Below are positions 1-13,200 of a DNA stretch of 64,000 bases, piece by piece. The translations under genes and the position numbers were made by a program. Positions within the stretch are counted from its first letter, which is position 1. Each line of letters begins with the position of its first letter. The stretch is from Amphiscolops sp. MND2022 (taxonomy: Eukaryota). A model generated the notes under the pieces. That model saw nothing but the letters and a program-made list of their open reading frames with translations, ran no database searches and was not told the DNA's origin. Where the stretch lies: the NCBI GenBank assembly GCA_964187785.1, contig OZ076409.1, forward strand, positions 94,924,001-94,988,000. The letters run 5' to 3'.

Positions 1-1151
1 ACCGAATTTTTTTTCGAAATTTTTTTGAAGTCTCTTTTTTTCGAAATTTTTTTGAAGTCTCCGGTAAGTCGCATAGTGCCAAAAAATGTAAAAGGGGACC
101 CTTTGGGATTTTTTGAACGTCCAATTCGTTGCAAAATATCAAAAAAATTGAAGGGAGGACCTTTGGAGAACCCTTTGGAGACATTAAAAAAATTTGCGAA
201 AAAAGTCTCAAAGCAGAAATTACATGCACAAAAAAATTGGTCAAGACTCGAACCCACGTCCTTCTGCTTGGCAGACATCAAAATCTATCCTAATTAACCT
301 CTATGCTAAGTGGCAGTAGAAGTTACAAGTGTGGCAGTTAGTGGACGCAGCTTATAAAGCTTATGAAATCTGTCACTTCGTTGGTCTTAAAAAAACAAGC
401 CGGGAACAGCTCAAGTTCGGCGCCATATCTAAAGCTCAAAAATAGCAAAAGGACTTCATAGTGTCAAGTATTCTCTTCTACAGTACCCGCATGAGGAAAA
501 AATTGAAAAAAAATCCCGAATTTTTTTCGAAATTTTTTTCATAATTTTTTTTGGTCTCCGGTAAGTCATATAGTGCCGAAAAATGTAAAAGGGAAGCTAA
601 AAAAAGCCTAATTAACCTCTATCTCAAGTGCCAGTAGAAGTAGTATGGCAGTTAGTGTTAGTGCAAGTCAGCTAATAAAGCTTATAAAATCTGTCACTTC
701 GTTGGTCTTAAAAAAGAAAAGTCACTGTTATAGTCTGCGTTTTCCACGAAAAGCGCCGACTAAAAAAGAAAAGTCACTACTATAGTCTGCGTTTTTCTAC
801 GAAAAGCGCCGACTAAAAACATCTGAAATAATTATACACTTCTATTAATTCATTATACAGCGTAATATTCACTATAAAAGTTTACACCGCCTTCGATTCT
901 TCTCGGACTGAAGGAAATAACTACCGAGCGTATACGACGCTCCGCGTTCGAATTTCAATGCAGACGAAGCTTTAGGGGTACGAACAGTTAACACTCGTTA
1001 GTTAGATCTCAATGAAAGCGCTGTCTCGCTGCTACGAGAATTAGATAAACTAACTAAAGACTTGAAGTAGCCAATCAAAATTGGCTCAAAAAAGGGTCGA
1101 TGAATAGGTCTTGAAAAAAATCACATTTACAGCTTCTAAAAGGGAAATTTT

Positions 1152-2121
1152 ACACAGGCGAGGCCGTGCTTCGCAAACACTTGCGAACGTTTGAAGAGAA
1201 AACCAAATAAGCAGTACGGAGAACCAAAGGTAAAAGAACAATATTGTTAAAACTTCATCAATTTAACAGCGCCAAAAAATACCCGAAGGGAAACGCATAA
1301 GACTCGAAAACACTTTTTCTCCAACTGGAAACAGCAAAAAACCCATATTCTCAACCGAAAACTTCCAAAAAAAATGAGGAAAACTTCTTGATGAAGGTCT
1401 CCAGTCACATAGTCCCGAAAAACCTGTGGAGTCCTTTATGCTCGCAAAACATTTCGTGTCTGGTAAAAATGTGAGGGGAGGGGCTTGAATGAAAACAAAT
1501 TAGAAAAAAATTGCATAGGAAAAACGCTGGTCTTTTAAAAAAGGAACAAAAATAGGGTATAGCGTGCTGGGCTTGAGAAAACCTTATTTAAGACAAAAAT
1601 TATTCATTTTGAAAAACAATGCCGAAAACTACAAAAAAAGGGGGGCTTTGAGATTTTATAACAACGATTCTGTTGCAAAATATAGAAAAATTGAAGGGGG
1701 ACCCTATGGAGACTTCACAAAAATTTCGAAAAAAAAACAAAAAGAGAATTTTGAACACTCTCATAGTGCCGAAAAATCTGAAAGAAGGGACCCTTTGGAA
1801 TTCTTTATCTTTCGTTCTGTTGCAAAATATCAAAAAAATGAAGGGAGGATCCTTTGAGGACATTAAAAAATTGCGAAAAAAGTCCCACGAAGACCAAAGG
1901 GGGGTCTCAGAGTGCCGAAAAAAGTGCTTCTGCTTCAGAATGCTTGTGAAAAACTACCGCATACGCACCGTTTCGAACACGAACCCTCTGGGTTGATAAG
2001 CAAGCATCTTATTACACCACGAACGCCTGAACTGTGCGAGTTGCGGGCTGAAACGAAAGATTTGTCGCGCGGGGAAAAAAGCACCCGCATTTTCCCATAC
2101 CACTTGCTCATCGCAAGTGTA
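1152..2121 (-). mobile_element. Helentron-like family D
   Basis: Terminal hairpin gcga(a/g)gc-cgt-gcttcgc; subterminal repeat cacttgcga / tcgcaagtg with adjacent inverted repeat; collinear with 28064-29658. Confidence 0.72.
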
Positions 2122-2234
2122 AGAAGGGACTGGTTACAATGAACTCAGAAACTAAATATTGAATACGAAAAAACTAGTCTTCGAAATATAACTGAACATA
2201 AAATGAATTAAGATTGAGCTATAATTCTTATTAC

Positions 2235-3793
2235 CTGTGGTTGGGCCCGTATTTTGGCAGCCCGTAACCCGTAGGATCGGCCTGTTAACCCGTAATTTCC
2301 AAAAATGCGTCCCGAAGCGAGATCCCTAAATTTCCATTTCTGAGAAATACTATATATCAATGTTGATAGTTAGTTAGTGTAAATTTTCATTTCTTAGAAA
2401 TACAATTATCAACATCATTCAGTGTCTTATTCAGATTGTCATGTCTGGAGCGTACGAAAAATTGTTTGAGATTTCATCTGCATCCATAACGGCCTGATGT
2501 AGGCTCTGTGATGCTACTTACAAGTTCAACGCACAGACTACTGGATATTCGACATTGAAACGGCATGCTGAAACGAAACATGGCGAAGAATTTCAAAAAG
2601 CAAAAATTGCCAAGTCCCATTGGATGGGTGGAAAAAGGCAGTCACTGGGAACGAACACCTCAGTTTTTACATTATGGCTATTCACAACCCAAAACCATAT
2701 TTCTGTTGCAGCTTTGTTGGGGTGTCAAATTTTGCGACTGATTCTTCGCCAAAACTATGGAAGAAATTGAAAAAAATAGAAGTCGCCAAAATTTTGGGCT
2801 CTATGCCACAACTTTCCCAAAAACCAAGCGTTTTCCAAAGAATCTTGCAAGGTTTTCCTTGCAGTGAAGCTGCTGTTGAACGAGGATTTAGTCACAAGGT
2901 AATTCATTAGAAATTCCAAGCGAGAATGGAGAACGAACTGGTGGAAAAAATTTATTCATCAGAGAGAACTACGGTACATTATCGTCATGTGAGATTTCTG
3001 GTGAGGAAAACGGAGAATTTGAAAGCGACATGGAGGATTATGAATGACTGACTTAAGAGCTTATTTGGCAATTTACAAGTGATTTTTGTATTTGGCATTT
3101 TGGCACTATTGTTTCATGATATTTCAATGATACTCTTTATACCATAAATTTTTATAGCTTAAGTTTGGCCCGTAGTCACAGCCCGTAACCCGTACCTTCT
3201 AACCCGTAAAAAGTTTAAACAAGTCGGGAACGGCACAAGTCGGCGCCATATCCAAGGCTCAAAAATAGCAAAAAGACTTCCAAGTGTCAAGTATTCTCTT
3301 TTACAGTTTTCGAAAATCAAAAATTTTTCGAAAAAATTACATACTCAAAAAAATGAAAAAAAATGGACCGAGTGGCGCGCTAAAGTCTCACAATGCCAAA
3401 AAACTGAAAGGGGGACCCTTTGAGGTTTTTCAACATCCATTCTGTCGCAAAACATGAAAAAATTGAAGAAAACAAAAATTTTCATTTTCGGGGAAAAATC
3501 TCACTGAAAGGGGGGACCCTTTGGGATTTTTCAACATCCATTCTGTCTGTCGCAAAACATCAAAAAAAATGCAGGGGGGACCCTTTGGGGAAAAAATTTT
3601 TTCCCGGAGAAAAAGTCTCGCGGAAAAAGAGGAAAAACCTTTTTGGTTCAGTCGCTAGGCCAAAGATGCAATTTGGGACCATAAAATTTTGTAGAACTGT
3701 TTTGGTCAGCTCGTGTGGATTGAAAAAGTCACTATAATAGTCGCGTTTCACTTCATGAAGCGCCGACTAAAAATGTTACGGGTCCAACCCTAG
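2235..3793 (+). mobile_element. Internally deleted hAT transposon
   Basis: TIRs ctgtggttgggcccgta / tacgggtccaaccctag; TSD cttattac/ctttttac (7 of 8). BED-finger-like remnant (CRLC...LKRHAETKH) and dimerisation-like remnant (PCSEAAVERGFS); subterminal acccgta repeats. Confidence 0.8.
3218..3773 (-). mobile_element. Helentron-like family A copy nested in the hAT remnant
   Basis: caagtcgggaacggcacaagtcggcgc ... gcgccgactaaaaa. Confidence 0.75.
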
Positions 3794-4117
3794 CTTTTTA
3801 CCGATCTATATTATCAATAATATTGGATTGAAGGACTACTATATTTATTTATATCATCTGAAGAGAAAACATTCGCGAGTATACAGGAGTTTTAATTTCC
3901 TCAAGTTTCCTGCAAAAATCACATATTTGGCATATTTGATTGAAATATTTACATAGTTACAACTAACTTTACATCAATGATCAGCACAAATAAACAAACA
4001 GGAACGATTTCACTCAAATAATTTGTGGTGTGGGTCTGCTGTTTAGCTACATAGAATTAGAAACATGGACATGAATATTATATATACAATAGCTTATAAT
4101 CCCAGAAATGAAAAAAA

Positions 4118-4224
4118 TTAATCGTCAATATCCTCCTGTAGTTCTTTCTCATCTCCACTTTCATCGTCCAATCCATCGTCTTCATCGGCATTCCCACCTC
4201 CACGGTTCGCGCCCAGGGAAGACC
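4118..4224 (-). CDS. IFT140: IFT140 last coding exon (acidic tail, TAA stop)
   Basis: ttgcag|[35 protein letters not shown]; phase matches exon 29. Confidence 0.85.
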
Positions 4225-7200
4225 CTGCAATGATAACATGTCGACATCATTGATAACAAGTCGTCAATGATGACATCTCGGACCATGTCATCTATCCCCC
4301 CCAGGTACACCTTGTTGGGAATTCAACCACCCCCCCCCCCCCCAACACGAAAACACATTTTGTTCTTGAATAAAAATATTTCACTAAGAGAATATTATAA
4401 AAACGTAAATACTTAGAGAATTGTCTCTACGACTGTTTTGACACTTCAGGCAAAAAATACCCTAATTTTTTGATATTATTGTCCAAAATAGCACAAATTC
4501 ACGCTTGGAACAAGATAAAATAGTATAAAAAGCCCCTAATTCAAAGCAAATTTTCTCCGTGAAATCTATTGAGCATTTATTGGACCAAAATTTCAACGCA
4601 AACGATGTCATTTGGGCGGGGAATAGATGACATGGTTCTTTAAGGTTTGTTCCCTTTTTTTCGTTTCTCCGTTTGCTCTTCCGAGAGACTACTTTTCAAA
4701 TCTTTTGGTTTGAAAGATGGTTTAAAATACATAAAAGTTTTAGTGAGTAAAAATGCTCTTTCTACTTGTAAGTTTTTCCTGACTTCCAAAAATAAACTTT
4801 CTAATAGCTCTCCGTAAGCTGATTTCGAGCTATACGCTTGACGGACTGAGCTCTACTTTACGAAGGATTTTTTGGTTTATCATTTATTATAGCAACAATA
4901 AAGTAGCTAGCATTCAAAAATCTCATTCGATTGACAAAAATGTATTCATCATTCTAGATAGCGCTGCCGAAATGTATCATTCCAATCCAAGTAGGCCACT
5001 AGGAACAATTTTAACTTCTGAAAACTGCAATAAAGTGTTGCGGAAAAAAAGGAACCCGGGGCTTTGAGAGAGGCTTCGCAATCAATCATAAATGCTCTAC
5101 TTGCTGGAATTCCGCAATGTTTTGAAACTAAAGATATTTTTTTGAAACCACGCAGAATAAATTTTTTTTTTTCAAAATGAAAATCTAATTCATAATTCAA
5201 TTTTGACTGTAGAGAAAAAAGGTAAAAATATTCAAAACTGAAATAATATTTCCGAAATTGAATGGTAGGTATGAATGGATTCAGAAGATTTGCACGATTC
5301 GATTGAGCAAAAAAAACGCATCGGAAAAAATCAATAAGGTCAGCAAAAATTCATGTGCTAGAATTAATTGGTCATCTCTCTCTAACTTTCGTAATATTTC
5401 TCGAAGAAATTTCAATGAAAGATATTCATGAATCATATCATATTTTTCATCCCAACGAAATTGCCAATTTGCAATACATGTTGTGATATTGGACTTAAAT
5501 CTAAAAATATTACCGAAGCGATGCAAAACCTGAAAGCACTAAACGATAATGAATTGGCTGCATTATGAATGGTCTGAACAAATTGCCGAACAAGAGCCAC
5601 AGCAAAAAAGCTCCATCGACTAGATTTCGAATTTATCCCAGCTGAATCAAGAAAAACTCGTCGAAAAGCAACTCCACGAAAATGCTATCGAAAAAAGTTG
5701 TCGTAAAAGCTACATTATGCGTGAAAGTAAAAATTTCAAGGAAAATCTATAGTTTTTTAGACGAGTTTGCACCTGATTAACCCTAAATGGACCATGGTAC
5801 GATTTCGTACCAGTTACTTTCTGCAAACTTCTGAAGGCATCAGTTGCCCGTATAGTGAAGAAAACACTTGAACAAGATTTTCAGACGATATTACATACCA
5901 TTGCACACCTTTCCAAGGAATATCGACTTGATGTCTCCAAAATCACAAAAACAGGACCAGAAAATCGAGAAAAATTGAGCGCAGATTTTCCGTTTTTCAA
6001 GTTTTCGTTTGTGGCCACTTTATCCCACTGGTATCAAGATTGGGCCAAAGCGGCCCTATCATGTTTTGCAACATGCTAAAACGCAGTCAGAGACACGAGG
6101 CGTGCAAAGTTTTCAACCCCCAGCCCAACATTTCAAAAATTGATTTGAACGCTCTGGCTCTCTTCTTTTGAACGCGCTATCAATCGCTTGTCGGACTTGA
6201 ATAGTTTAGGAGATATTGCGGTTTAAAGTTTAAGCACCAGATTTTTGGATGGATCCGGAATATTCATCGTCCATTTAGGGTTAATAATCGACAAGTTAAT
6301 TTTCGATGAGTTTTCCGCCTACATCCCAGCCTACGCAAAAATATCCGCTCACCGATTTTGAACGTGTGTGCCAAGTCAGCCTTGTCCACTCGTTCACACA
6401 CTTTGTCCACCAGCATGTTCACCTTCCGGACTACTGCCTCCTCGTCATTGGCCTCTGCCCCTGCTGAAAAGAGTCTCCTCAGTCCACGGATCCCACCTTC
6501 CAGGCTGTGCAGCGTTTCCAGACACTGGAAAGCCTGCAAACACATAGGCATGGTAAATTCAGAATCGAGTGATAATTGGCCAGTGGGGGAGGCTCAACAT
6601 CGCTAATTATTTTTGCCAATCCGGAGGAAAAATGTTTTTTATATATAACAATAGAGAAATGAGTTTTGATGGAAAGAAAGTCGATAAGTTTGCAAATATA
6701 CGACGGACCAAAGTGGGAACTGCATAAGTCAGCGCCCGTTTCAGGCTCAAAAAGTCAAGGATTTTCTTTTGAATAAATTCTCAATCTCATAACGCCGAAA
6801 AACCTAGAAAAAGAGCTTTTTCCCACTTATTCTCACCAGAAACAAAAAAAATCAAAGCTTTGCAAAAAATCCAACGGGAACCTTATGGGCTTGAAAAGTT
6901 CTTTTGAAATCGAAAAGTACCGAAAAACCTCTCGAATCATTTTCATCGAACAATTTTGTCAGAGTTGAAAGGGAGGACCCTTCAGAACAATATGCTATTT
7001 GGTATTTCGATGCTATTTGGCATTCGACAGGAAATGTTCACCTCGACCGGATTGAAGAAAAAACACGACGAAAAGCCACTATAAATTTTATTTCATAAAG
7101 CGCCGACTTTTTTTCACATCTGATAATTCTATTGGCTGCCGCTAATATGAGCCACTCATCATATCGATAAATAATGTGCGCGGTTGCTAATAAGCGATGT

Positions 7201-10200
7201 GAAAACACTATATTTATAAGATCATCGATTAAGGACTCTTGATATCTTTTTAACCTTTTGGTTCTGTTCAGTTGCGAGGAAGTTCGCGAGCATGCGAGTG
7301 TAGATGTCTCGTTCTCTGGGGAATCTCTGGTAGTTGGCGTCTTCCAAGATACTTCGAAGGGCGTCGTTCATTCTCGCCACAGCTTCCTTGTCCGTCCTGT
7401 ACACAAAAGAGCAAGGTCACTTTCAAGCTATTCTTCCAAAATAACCTTTCTGCGGTTACATGACATTTCCTCGTATACACTTTCAACCTATGCAATTTCA
7501 ACCGCTCACAATTTCAACCTATTGCATTTTCAATCGTCCGAAATTTCGACTTAAGCTAATTTTGGCTAATTGATCCTACTTAGTTACATAATTTGGGCTG
7601 TTTTAACTTTCATACATTTCTGAATTCAAGTGTGCTAATTTTTAAGCCAGTTTTGATACGCTTTGGCTTCTTCATGGATACTTACAATTAATTGAGGATG
7701 TTTGATTCATTAGTAATCATTATACTGAAATGTTAGCTCAACTGAATTAAGGCTAAATAACAAAAAAAATAGTTTAGGTCGAAATTGCGGACGGTTGGAA
7801 ATGCAATAGGTTGAAATTGCGAATGGCTGAAATGGCAACAGTTGAAATTGCATAGGTTGAAAGTGTAAAGGACGAAATGTCCTGACACCCTTTCTGCAGG
7901 ATGGATTATTGGCAACGCGGATGCTACTATTACCAATGAAAATGATATGTAAGTTTGTAATTTTTACGCTCTCGGGCATCAAATGAATCAATTAATTCAA
8001 TCTGCTAATGGCTGCAGGATGCTTTTCAGACAAAAAGCACGAAATCATTTTTGTAACTCCGTCTAATTCAATTCTGTGTGTAGATATGCCATCTCATAAC
8101 AAGAGTCAAACACAGAGGCGAAGCGGTGCTTCGCAACACATGACGAAGACATCGATTATTTTAATATGCGTTTATATATTATTTTAATCGCATGCGTATA
8201 TATTCAACAGTTCAACTTTGTTCAATAACGTCCCTATGGCACAGTGGTCAACACTTATGCCGTGCAATCGGGAGGCTGCAGGTTCGAATCTCTGGCGTTT
8301 TGGCTTTTTTTCTGAAAGGCGCTCATTATGAAGTTGACTATAGTGGAAAAAAAACTTACTTAGCTGGACTGCAATGCACATTGACTTCGTCATGTGCAAT
8401 AAAACAAGACGGGAACGTCTAAAGTCGGCGCTATATCTAAGGCTCAAAAGCGCAAAAGACTTTTTTTGAAAACTTTCAGAAAATGTCGCATAGTGCCGAA
8501 AAATGTAAAAGAGGGGACCATTAGGGCTTTATTAACATAAACTCTTGCAAAATAACAAAAACTCGAAAGGGGAACTCTTTTGAGACATTAAATTTAAAAA
8601 TTTTCGAAAAAAGTCGCACAATGCAGAAAAAAATCGAAAGGGGGGACCCTTTAGTCTAGTCCTGTTTTGTAGGTTACGTTAAAAAAGTAAAAAATGAAAG
8701 GGGGACCCTTTTGCACTATTTCCGCTGACCGTACCTGGCCTTATGGTAGTAGTTCTAGTAGTTTCGATTGTAAGAAAAGTGGCCCAATCAGAGTGAGATT
8801 GTAGTCTGACGAAAAAAAAAGAAAAAAAAAGTAGCCACTGTAATAGTCGGGCACTTTTAACTAGAAAGGCGCCGACTAAAAATAGGCCCCTCCGGGGCAC
8901 ATTACTATTTCTGCTTTAATCTTTCATTAATATTATTACACTGCTTGGTTTTAAAACCAAGATGATTTTGTTTTTAATGACAAAGGTATAATTCAGTGTT
9001 TTTTAAATGATAGAATCATACCTGGAATACCAATACAGTGTTTAATCATTATTTGGCGCACAATTATTCACTGTACAAGTTTACACCGCCTTTAATTCTT
9101 CTCGGACTAAAGAAAAGATAACTACTAAGCGTAGACGAAGTTTCGCATTCACATTTGAATGCAGACGAAGCTCTCCAAGAACGAACAATTAACACTCATT
9201 CGCTTCATCTCAATGACGTCAGCGTACGAATGCATAATTACCACTCGCTCGTTCCATCGCACGAGTATTGAAATGTCGTCGGCAGCTTGAAAAATTTAAT
9301 TCTCACGCTTACAGTCACTGCCGAACAAATATCTGAATTATTCAGTATCGTGCGAAGAAAGGTACTGAAAAAAATAGACATCTTGAGATTTCAATAATAT
9401 TCCTCCTATCGCAGAAATAATTAACAAGACGGGAACGTCCCAAGTCGGCGCCATATCTTAGGCTCAAAAATATTCAAGGAACAACTATTGGAAACATTTG
9501 GAAAAATTATTTTTTTCGAAAAAAATTTGAAATTTTTTTTTCGAAAAAAAAGTATTTTTTAGAAAGTCGCACAATGCCGAAAAACTCAAAAAAGAGGCCA
9601 TTCAGGCTCATTAAACGTTTTTACAAACCGAAAACTTCAAAAAAAATGCAATTGATAGATTCCGAAAATTTTCGAAAAAAAAGTCGCATAGTGCCGAAAA
9701 AAACGAAAAAAATCAAACGAAACGAAACAAAGCTTTGGTCTCGCATCTACTTTTGGAAGCATAAAAAATTTGTGGTTTAGTGCGAGAATCGAACCCACGA
9801 TCCCCTGCTTCTCAGAAAATTAGTTGAACAAATGTGAACAAATGTGAAGATTGTAAGAAAAGTGGACCACTCAGAGTGAGATTGTCAACTGAAAAAAACA
9901 AAAAAAAACTACTCACTGTAAGAGTCGGGCTTTTTTCCTTAAGGGAAAAGGCGCCGACTAAAAATAGAGCAAAAATGCTGAAGGATAAAACTCGGCAGTG
10001 AGATGACAGACACTTGGGCATTCTTTTTTCAGAATTTGTCAATTTTTTTCTGAAAACGCTGTTATCAAATGTTTTTGTTGTTTTAAGTAGTTTAATTCTA
10101 CGGAACTAGTATCACCTTTTGAGCATGAAACTAAACTTTGGCATTTTTAGTCGGCGCTTTTCGAAGAAAAACGCAGACTATAGTAGTGACTTCTTTTTTT

Positions 10201-13200
10201 TAGACCAACGAACTGACAGATTTTATAAGTTGGCACTAACACTAAACCGGCACTAACACTAAACCGTGTCACACTACTTCACTGCCACTTGGCCACTGGG
10301 GCTTTTTCGAGGTCTGACAAGCAGAAGGACATGGGTTCGAGTCCCGCCATGACCAAAAATTTTTGTGCAAATTTTTTTCGGCTTTGTGAGACTTTTTTCG
10401 CAAATATCTCCAAAGGGTCCACCATTCATGTTTTTGTCTATTTTGCAAAAGAATGGATGTTAAAAATCTCCCAAAGGGCCCCATTTTACATGTTTCGGCA
10501 CAATACGACTTACGGGTGACCAAAAAAATTTTTGGAAAATTTCAAAAAAAATCGGAATTTTTTTTCAATTTTTCCTCAAACGGGTACTGTAGAAGAGAAA
10601 ACTTGACACTTTGAAGTCCTTTTGTTATTTTCGAGCCTTAGATATGGCGCCGACTTGGGCCGTTCCCGGCTTGTTTCAAATATAACCGCGGACGAATGAT
10701 ACATTTTCCTGTTCCATATACACTATGGTAACAAAAAGCGACGTACAGCTGAAAATTAAATCTTATTCAGTTTGTGAAGAACTTTTTTCATTCTCAACCG
10801 GAAGTGAAATCAATCACTCTTGAATTAAACATTGTTGAAAATGGTCAAACCTTTGGATTCATACGTTGTTTGCAAAATCGTTACACTTCGCGAAATGGGT
10901 TTATCATACAAAGAAATTAAAGAAAAGTTGGGTCTTAAATCTCGATCGACAGCTTATCAGCGTTTTTTGAGAACGAACTCTTATGTGGCGAAAAAACCTC
11001 CAGGCCGGCCAGAAAAGCTCAGCGAAAAAGAGCAAAGACTAATAGTTCGAAGAGTGGAAAAAGACCCAAAAACAACATTAGAACGAGTAAGAGTACTGCA
11101 AAACTCTTTTTCAACGTCAAAGACAGTTTCTAAATGCACTATTCGAAGAATCCTGAAGAAGTACGGAATTGTTTCTAGAAAAGCCGCAAAAAAGTTTAAC
11201 TTGAACAAAAAACAAAGGCTGGTCAGAAAACGCTGGTGCTCGAGAATGTTGAAAAAGCCCCTTGGTTTTTATCCAGCGTCAATTTTCACCAAAAATGGGA
11301 AAAAGTTTTTTGAAAGAAAAAATATTTGAGAAAAATCTCAAAGTGCCGAAAAAACCAAAACGAAATAAAAAATTTTATCAAATCAATCACTTTGGTAGAG
11401 TGAACTAATAGCGCTTTTGATGGTGCTGTCAATGATACAAGACGAGAACATCTAAAGTCGGCGCTAAACCTAAGGCTCAAAAAGCGCAAAGTGTAGAAAT
11501 TCTGCTCAGAACTTTTATGAAAAGACAAAAAACCTCAGAACACCAAAATATCATAAAGTTTGAAAGGAGACCCTTTAGTCTCGTTCGGTTTCGTATGTTA
11601 CGTTAAAAAAGAGAAAATGAGAGGGGGGACCTTCTGCACTACCTTAGATGCATATTCGCTGGCCAGATTTGGGTGTTATTGTAAGCTTGAAGAAGTTGTT
11701 TTTGTTTCACTCGAACTTTTGCATTTTTGTTCTGAAATTCGGCTGGATGGAAACTAGGCTTCTGGGAAAACGTCGTATTCTCAGACGAAACCCGTGTGCG
11801 CTTGAATAGTGATGGCGTTGTGCGGGTGTTCAGGAAAACTGGTCGTCGCTTTTGCCCGAAAAACACACAGGGAATACGCACAGACAAAAGATCTATGATG
11901 TTTTGGGGGGCCATCAGATCAGATGGTAGGAAAATGCTAATTAAATGTCCCGCAAAACTCAACAGTTACGGATATTTGGAGATTTTAAAGCAATACGATC
12001 GACATTTGAATATACCGGATTTGGTGTTCCAGCAAGACAACGCCCCAGTACACAAAAGTGAAGTTGTTCGCAATTTTCTGGCTCAAGAGCAATGGGAGGT
12101 GCTGGATTGGCCAGCTTACAGTCCTGACCTGAATCCTATTGAAAATATTTGGGCCATTTTTAAAAAAAGCTTGCGAGGTCAGATTGTTACCTGGGAGAAT
12201 TTAGAAGAAAAGGTTATGGAAGTGTGGAACAACAAACCCTGATGTTGTTCGCAACTTGTACTCATCGTATGAGAATCGTCTGGTGAAGGTAATCAAAAAC
12301 CATGGTAGTTTGACGGGATATTGATTTATTATTTGTTTCAACAGTTGTTTCAAATTTTACTGTTCTGAGTTTTTTTAAAAAAATGTTGGTGTACGTAGCT
12401 TTTTGATACCATAGTGTACCTTTAAAATTCGCAGAGTAAGATTATTTCGTATCAAATAGCAGCGTATTGACGCCTGAGAAACTTTACAGATGAGTCTCCT
12501 CTTCGACATGGGCAAAGGCAACATTTGCTTTCATCATTTGACCTTGAGATTTCGAAACGCACGGCTGCCTTTTTAACTGTTAGGTGAGAGAATTGTCTTC
12601 TGAACTACGAGCAGATAAGCAGGGTTTTGACATCGCTAATTGTTTCCGCTAATCGGTGAACCGCTAATTCGCTGAAAAAGTTTTTCAGTTAAATGTTTGA
12701 GTTCAAATATCTTTCAAAATTGAATGATAATGATAACCTGATTTAGTTTTGCAAGAAAAACAGACTGAATTTTTTATACAGTGTAGATTTTTCAAAGGTA
12801 AGGACTAGAATTTTTTGAAACTCCAAGTATACATGGAGGAAATTTTGAATTTAGATATTCTATTTTATTTACCGCTAATTTGGACCGCTAAATAAATTGC
12901 TGAAAAATTCCTCAGCGGCCGCTAATTCGCTAATTAGCTGAGTCAAAACTCTGATCCATCAGCTTAATACTTAAAATTCCTTTAAATAGTTGTTTAAACA
13001 AAAGTGTATATTTCCGTGAGAACTCTTCCATTGAGTAGACAAACTAGCAGCTTTATCCTCTTCACTTACGTGAGAGAGTCATTTTCGAGAAAGGTGGCGA
13101 TGAGTTGGATTCTGTGCTTGATTTGGGTCAACGCAGATTCTATCCTCACTGGGTCTTTGCTGGCTGGCAACGCTTTACCGAGTTCTTTCTCCGCTTCTTT

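Larger units (their letters stand above)
10721..12416 (+). mobile_element. Tc1-family (DD34E) DNA transposon, interrupted and frameshifted
   Basis: TA-flanked TIRs cactatggtaacaaaaagcgacgtac / gtacgtagctttttgataccatagtg. HTH N-terminus from 10841, then [15 protein letters not shown] and [11 protein letters not shown] with 34 residues between D and E. Insertion at 11265-11754 and a frameshift near 12240. Confidence 0.95.

Noticed and set aside
25..2142. Lys/Phe-rich ORFs with KGGPF/GDPL motifs here and throughout the window
   Set aside because: They are translations of Helentron-like core blocks (aaagggggaccc, A-runs), and frames are not conserved between copies.
8230..8300. Possible tRNA gene (also ~19499, ~37790, ~53640)
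   Set aside because: A/B-box-like motifs are present, but I could not form proper acceptor and anticodon stems; treated as tRNA-derived repeat fragments.
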